Below are positions 47,303 through 51,903 of a stretch of 51,903 bases of DNA, piece after piece (positions within the stretch are counted from its first letter, which is position 1; every line of letters begins with the position of its first letter). A model generated the notes under the pieces. The model was not told the origin of the DNA. It made no database searches and worked only from the letters and a program-made list of their open reading frames with translations. The translations under genes were made by a program, and so were the position numbers. Source of the DNA: Anaerolineales bacterium (GTDB taxonomy: Bacteria > Chloroflexota > Anaerolineae > Anaerolineales > DRMV01); assembly GCA_027053355.1 (NCBI GenBank), contig JALUDX010000059.1, positions 1 to 51,903 of the forward strand. The letters are read 5' to 3'.

Positions 47303-49102
47303 ATGCTCTCACCCCTCTGGGTTACCCTGCTGATTGCCGTGTTGGCCACCGTGCTGCTGATTAGCGGCCGGGTGCGGGCTGATGTCGTCGGCCTGCTGGT
47401 GGCTTTGGCCCTGGTTTACAGCGGCGTGTTGCCGCTGCGTCAGGCGTTGGGTGGTTTTTCCAGCGATGTGGTGTTCGTGCTCATCGCGATCTTCATCCTC
47501 ACCAAGGGGTTGGAAACCAGCGGGGTCACGGCCTGGCTGGCCGAGCACCTGGCTGCCCTAGCCGGGGAAACTGAGGGGCGCCTGGTGGTGATGGTCATGC
47601 TGGCAGCCGCGGTGCTTTCGCTGTTCATGAACACCGTCGCGGCCGCGGCCGTGCTCTTGCCCCCGGTGTTGGCCGTCAGCCGCAGGCGAGAGGTAGCGCC
47701 TTCGCGGGTGCTGATTCCCATGGCCTACGGCACCCTGCTGGGCGGCACGGCCACCCTGCTGACCACGGCCAACCTGGTGACCAGCGCCTCGTTGGCCGCG
47801 CATGGCTACCGCGGCTATGGCCTGCTCGACTTTTTGCCCGTGGGGTTGAGCGTGACGTTGGCCGGTCTGCTCTACATGGTGTTCGTCGGGCGTCACTTGC
47901 TTCCCCGCTACCGCGACGACCATTCCCGCGGCGACCTTTCGTTTACCGATTTGTTGGATGCCTACGGCCTGCGCGAAGGGCTGCACGCGCTGGAGGTGCG
48001 CCCCCAGTCGCCGCTGAGGGAACAGTCAGCCCGACAGCCCGCGGCCTTGCAGGCCCACGATTTGACGCTGGTGGGGCTGCTTTCTCCGCGCGGGTTGCTT
48101 TTCGTGCACCAGATCGACCCCCAGCGCCGCTTGCGCGCCGGCGATGTGCTGCTGCTGGCGGGCAATATGAGCCCAGTAAAGCAGCAAAGTTTAGGGCTGA
48201 AGCCACAAAACCGCGAGGATATTTGCCAGGCGTTTCGCGAACAGGCCACGTTGGCCGAAATCGTCCTCAACCCGCGCGGCCACGCGGTGGGGCGCTCGCC
48301 CGAGGAATTGCGGCTGTTTGCCCGCTATGGCCTGCGGGTGTTAGCCATCTGGCGGGGTGGGCACATCGTGGGTTCCCGCCGGCCCGATCAGCCCTTGCAA
48401 GAGGGCGACGCGCTGCTGGTGCAAATTCCGCCCGAGGCCGTGCCGCGGCTGCGGCGTAACCCCGATTTCATCGTGTTAGAGACGTTCGGCAGCCTAAGTG
48501 AAGGGGGGCGCTGGGCGCGGGCCGGCGCGGTGCTTTTGTTGTTGCTGGCGCTGGTGCCCGCGGCGTTGGGCTGGGTGCCCTTGGTGCTCTCGACCCTGAG
48601 TGCGGCCACGCTGATGATGCTGAGCGGCATCGTGCCGCCCGAGCAGGCCTATGAGGCGGTATCCTGGCGGGCGATCTTTTTGATTGCCGGGATGATTCCT
48701 CTGGGGGTGGCCATGCGGCAGACCGGCGCGGCCGCGTTCCTGAGCCGCCAGGTGCTGCAGCCTTTGGCCCATGCGCCCGCGTGGGCTATTGCCGCCGCGT
48801 TTTTGCTGCTCACCGCACTGTTGGCGCAAATTACCAGCGGCCAGGTGGCTGCACTCATCTTGGCGCCTTTGGCCATCGCCGCGGCCGAACACTTCGGCCT
48901 CAACCCGCGCGGGCTGGGCATGGCCGTGGCGGTGGGCGCGTCTTTCGCTTTTTTGCTGCCCACCGGCCATCCGGTCAATTTGTTGGTGATGGGGCCGGGG
49001 GAATATCGCCCCAAGGATTATTTCAAAGTGGGGCTGCCGCTGCTGTTGGTGGTGGCGCCGGTAGCGGTGGCGGCGTTGCAAGCGTTTTGGCTGACGCCTT
49101 GA
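47303..49102 (+). CDS. SLC13 family permease with TrkA-C domains
   Basis: R.DVV, GFS, LS.FMN, PS..LIP.AY...LGG..TL..T.NL, L..GD.LL twice, F..P.GH..N.LV.GPG.Y...DY.KVG. Confidence 0.88.
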   Translation: MLSPLWVTLLIAVLATVLLISGRVRADVVGLLVALALVYSGVLPLRQALGGFSSDVVFVLIAIFILTKGLETSGVTAWLAEHLAALAGETEGRLVVMVMLAAAVLSLFMNTVAAAAVLLPPVLAVSRRREVAPSRVLIPMAYGTLLGGTATLLTTANLVTSASLAAHGYRGYGLLDFLPVGLSVTLAGLLYMVFVGRHLLPRYRDDHSRGDLSFTDLLDAYGLREGLHALEVRPQSPLREQSARQPAALQAHDLTLVGLLSPRGLLFVHQIDPQRRLRAGDVLLLAGNMSPVKQQSLGLKPQNREDICQAFREQATLAEIVLNPRGHAVGRSPEELRLFARYGLRVLAIWRGGHIVGSRRPDQPLQEGDALLVQIPPEAVPRLRRNPDFIVLETFGSLSEGGRWARAGAVLLLLLALVPAALGWVPLVLSTLSAATLMMLSGIVPPEQAYEAVSWRAIFLIAGMIPLGVAMRQTGAAAFLSRQVLQPLAHAPAWAIAAAFLLLTALLAQITSGQVAALILAPLAIAAAEHFGLNPRGLGMAVAVGASFAFLLPTGHPVNLLVMGPGEYRPKDYFKVGLPLLLVVAPVAVAALQAFWLTP

Positions 49103-49110
49103 CCGCTGCC

Positions 49111-49380
49111 GTAACTGTTCAGCCTTGGGAAAATAGCCCACGGACGAACGCGGGGATGATGGCGGATAGCCGCGGATTTTTGGGCACCGAGGGCACCAGG
49201 AGAAGCGCCTGAGTAACCAACCACCAAGCAACCAAGCAACCAAGCAACCAGGTAACCAGGCAACCAACCCCCATTTACCCCAATCCCTCAGTACCTCAAC
49301 CCCTCTCGCTTTCTGTGTTTTCAATGCCTTCTCTGTGTCTTCTGTGGTTTTCTGTCGGCGACATCTTGTTGAGCAGTTAC
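49111..49380. repeat. Composite intergenic element (family copy E)
   Basis: GTAACTGTTCAGCC...GTTGAGCAGTTAC termini; internal (CAACCAAG)n and (TTCTGTG)n arrays; inverted homolog of 19966-20221. Confidence 0.85.
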
Positions 49381-49985
49381 CCTCGGCCTAAGGCGCGCAG
49401 CAAGGTGAGCACCATGCGCGCGGTCGCGCCCCAGATGACTTCCCCCTGATAGGGTTGGAAAAAGACGGCCTGCACCGGCGGCAGGTGCGGCAAGACCACG
49501 CGCGGCCGGGTTTGCCGATGCGCGGGGTCGGCCAGCCAGGCCAAGGGCACGGTAAACACCCGCGCCACTTCGGCCGGTGAAGGGTTTAGGGCCAGGGGCT
49601 GGGGCAGCAGCGCGACCACCGGCGCCACCCAAAAATTGCTGGCGGTACGGTGGAGCGGCAGGCTGCCCAACACGGTAACCTGTTCTGCCGGCAGGCCCAG
49701 TTCCTCTTCTGTTTCGCGCAGCGCAGTGTGGACGAGGGAAGGGTCGTCGGGTTCGGCCTGCCCGCCGGGGAAAGACACTTCCCCGCTGTGGGGGTCGTGG
49801 TCGTTGACGGTGCGGCGGATGAACAGCAGGTGCCAGCCCTCGGGTTGAGGCAACAACGGCAGCAGCACCCCCGCGTGGCGCAGCCGGCCGGGCAGGTGCT
49901 CTTCGGGGTAAGGGTTCACCGCCTGAGGGGGAAAGGCCTCCAGGCGGCGGCGGATTTCTTCGGGTGTAAGTTGCGTTGGGTTCAT
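49377..49985 (-). CDS. Nudix CoA pyrophosphatase (NudL/Nudt7-like)
   Basis: AGVLLPL, R......HSGEVSFPGG, TALRETEEELG, V.P.V, EVA.VF.VPL, IWGATA. Confidence 0.9.
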   Translation of the reverse strand: MNPTQLTPEEIRRRLEAFPPQAVNPYPEEHLPGRLRHAGVLLPLLPQPEGWHLLFIRRTVNDHDPHSGEVSFPGGQAEPDDPSLVHTALRETEEELGLPAEQVTVLGSLPLHRTASNFWVAPVVALLPQPLALNPSPAEVARVFTVPLAWLADPAHRQTRPRVVLPHLPPVQAVFFQPYQGEVIWGATARMVLTLLRALGRG

Positions 49986-50821
49986 GGCTGAGACGAAGGG
50001 GGGACGGCAGTTTCCTGTTCCGCAGGTGGAGGCGCGGGCACCACTGGCCGGGCGAAAATCAGGTAGCCGGTGTGCGCGACCATGCGGTCGGTGGGGCGTA
50101 GCCGTTCGGGGACGGGTTTGTAGTAGCGGAGCAGCACTTCGCACACCTCGATGAACGCGAAGTGGTGCTCTTGCAGCGCGACCACCAGCCGGGAGACCTG
50201 GTTGGTGGTGGGTACCAGGCTGCCGAAAAAGCCGCCGGTTTTGAGCGCGGCCCGCGCCTGCGCGATGTAATCTTCGGGGTTGGGGACATCTAAAAACAGC
50301 GCGTCGACGTCGGTTTCGTCGAAGCCCAAGGCAATGTCGCGCAGTTTGAAGGTGACCCGGTCGTCGAGCCCGACCCGGCGGAGGTTTTTTCGAGCCAGGC
50401 GTTGCATTTCGCCGCGGCGCTCGTAAGAAATCACCCGCCCCTGGGGCCCCACGGCAAAGGCCAACGCGGTGGTCAGTGCGCCCGAGCCCGTGCCCGCCTC
50501 TAACACCGTCTGGCCGGGGCCGATGCTCAGCGAAACCAACACGAAACCGATGTCTTTGGGGAACATGATCTGCGTGTTGCGCCGGGTTTCTTTGAGTAGG
50601 TCGGCCAGCGAGGGGCGCAGCAGGTAAAACGACGCGCCCAAATGCGAATACACCTGGCTGCCCCACGGCAGGCCGATGAGGTCGTTGTGCTGGATGACGC
50701 CTTTGTGGGTGTGCAGCACGGCGTCTGGGGTCAGCCGCACCAAGAAAAAGCGGTGGCTGGTGCTCAGCAGTTGCACCAGATCGCCTGGCCGGGCATGGGT
50801 GTGGTAGAGAGGGAGGGTCAT
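49982..50821 (-). CDS. trmI: tRNA (adenine58-N1)-methyltransferase
   Basis: TH.G...H..LIG..WG, RP, R.TQI..PKD, VLEAGTGSG.LT, SYERR, FLD.P.P, RP..RM..HTGYL. Confidence 0.9.
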   Translation of the reverse strand: MTLPLYHTHARPGDLVQLLSTSHRFFLVRLTPDAVLHTHKGVIQHNDLIGLPWGSQVYSHLGASFYLLRPSLADLLKETRRNTQIMFPKDIGFVLVSLSIGPGQTVLEAGTGSGALTTALAFAVGPQGRVISYERRGEMQRLARKNLRRVGLDDRVTFKLRDIALGFDETDVDALFLDVPNPEDYIAQARAALKTGGFFGSLVPTTNQVSRLVVALQEHHFAFIEVCEVLLRYYKPVPERLRPTDRMVAHTGYLIFARPVVPAPPPAEQETAVPPSSQP

Positions 50822-50829
50822 GGGAGGAG

Positions 50830-50970
50830 GGAGGATGGTTGGATGGTTACCTGGTTGGTTGGTTGGCTGGTTGGTTGGATGGTTGGATGGTTGGTTGCCT
50901 CGCTTGGCGGCCTCGGCGTTCCGAAATCCGCGGGCATCTGTGGCGCTTCGCGCCATCCGCGGCCGATTTT
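50830..50970. repeat. Element remnant with (GGTT/GGAT)n array upstream of trmI (copy J)
   Basis: GGATGGTTGGATGGTTACCTGGTTGGTTGG...GGTTGCCTCGCTTGGCGGC...AAATCCGCGG. Confidence 0.7.
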
Positions 50971-50971
50971 T

Positions 50972-51903
50972 CTACGGCTTTACGCTTTGTTCGATGTGGC
51001 GGAGGATTTCCGCTGCTTCCGCGGGAGCCGCGTAGTGCACGGTGCCGTCGCCGTCGATGTGCACCGGCACGTACTCGTAGCGGATGAGATGGCGACCCTG
51101 GAAGGTGAGCACAAGTATAGCACCTTGTTGGGTTTCTGGCGACCATGTTTGGTCGAATACGAAATTGCCCAGGCCGTAGAACACCGGCACCCCCTGGAGC
51201 ACGGTGTGCCCCTGCACCACGTGGGGGTGGTTGCCCACGATGACGTCCGCGCCGGCTTCGACCAACAGCCGCGCCGCCCGCCGCTGCAGATAGTTGGGCG
51301 CGAAGTCGTACTCAGGCCCCCAATGGGGCAGGGCAATGACCACGTCGGCCTGCTGATGCGCGGCGGCGATGGCCTGACGCGCGGTCGTGGGGGTGAGGGG
51401 CGCCGCGCCGGGGCGCTCTTTTGTGGCAAAGGAATGCGGCTCGATGGCGTTGAGGGAGACAAAAGCAAAGCGCACGCCGTGGAGGGTGACCACCAGGGGT
51501 TGCAGCGCGGCTTCCAGGTTTTCGCCACCGCCCACCGTCGGCAGCCCCGCCTGATGGATGGCTTGCAGGGTATCTAAGAAAGCCCGGTCGCCGCCGTTTT
51601 TGATGTGGTTGGTGCCGACGTTGACCGCGTCGAAGCCGGCCCAGGCCATGGTTTGGGCGTGCCGCGGGTCGCCCAGCAGCAAGTAGGTATGCACGCAGCC
51701 CGTGGGGGGGAAGCGGTCGGTCAGCGCGGTGTTGAGCAGCGCCATGGCGTAATCGGCCTGACGGATGCGGGGGGCTACTTCGGCGTAGATGCTGCGGTCT
51801 TCGCCGCGGCGGTCGGCTGCGGCGCGCACACAGCGCGCGGGCACGATGTTTCCCACGAAGAGCAGGGTGGTCAGTGCGGGCGTGGGGGTGGGCGACGGGG
51901 TGG
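50972..51903 (-). CDS. CapA/PGA_cap family metallophosphoesterase, 5' end beyond window
   Basis: LFVGNI, GFDAV..GTNH, GGG.NL, LPHWG.EY, GADVIVGNHPHVVQ, YGLGNFVFDQ; the frame continues into a Pro/Thr linker at the window edge. Confidence 0.88.
   Translation of the reverse strand, partial: TPSPTPTPALTTLLFVGNIVPARCVRAAADRRGEDRSIYAEVAPRIRQADYAMALLNTALTDRFPPTGCVHTYLLLGDPRHAQTMAWAGFDAVNVGTNHIKNGGDRAFLDTLQAIHQAGLPTVGGGENLEAALQPLVVTLHGVRFAFVSLNAIEPHSFATKERPGAAPLTPTTARQAIAAAHQQADVVIALPHWGPEYDFAPNYLQRRAARLLVEAGADVIVGNHPHVVQGHTVLQGVPVFYGLGNFVFDQTWSPETQQGAILVLTFQGRHLIRYEYVPVHIDGDGTVHYAAPAEAAEILRHIEQSVKP

Noticed and set aside
50972-51903. CapA as a sign of a poly-gamma-glutamate capsule locus
   Set aside because: No capB/capC in view, and stand-alone CapA-domain proteins are widespread.

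Overview
A high-GC chromosomal window that is mostly housekeeping genes, most consistent with a Chloroflexota (Anaerolineae-like) bacterium, possibly thermophilic. The taxonomy is inferred from the CpXC protein, bacterial Elp3, a mevalonate-pathway decarboxylase, SpoVS, TrmI and Pro/Thr-linker lipoproteins. It holds about 45 CDS: a thiolase-fold gene running off the left edge, cydD-plsY-like-cydC, fadD, a PLD/lamin-tail pair, a ThrRS-like/uridine kinase fusion, amrS, an NgoMIV-like restriction-modification pair, elp3, an ABC exporter with a two-component system, rnz, thiI, pit, surE, a DsbA-family gene, trpB2, an mvaD-like gene, a two-subunit fumarase, tdh, SLC13, Nudix, trmI and a truncated CapA-family gene. 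It also has four tRNAs (Gly-CCC, Ser-TGA, Ser-GCT, Arg-GCG) and a Trp T-box. The least explained signal is a dispersed family of modular intergenic elements with GTAACYRTTCA...TGAAYRGTTAC inverted termini and interchangeable 8-9 bp periodic modules. Other oddities are a PlsY paralog with altered catalytic motifs translationally coupled inside cydDC, an NgoMIV-type nuclease paired with an SPPY (m4C-type) methylase, a second terminator-like hairpin inside the T-box, a CxxC ubiquitin-like protein without the C-terminal GG, and several apparently leaderless genes. All calls come from reading motifs by eye; no database searches were run.
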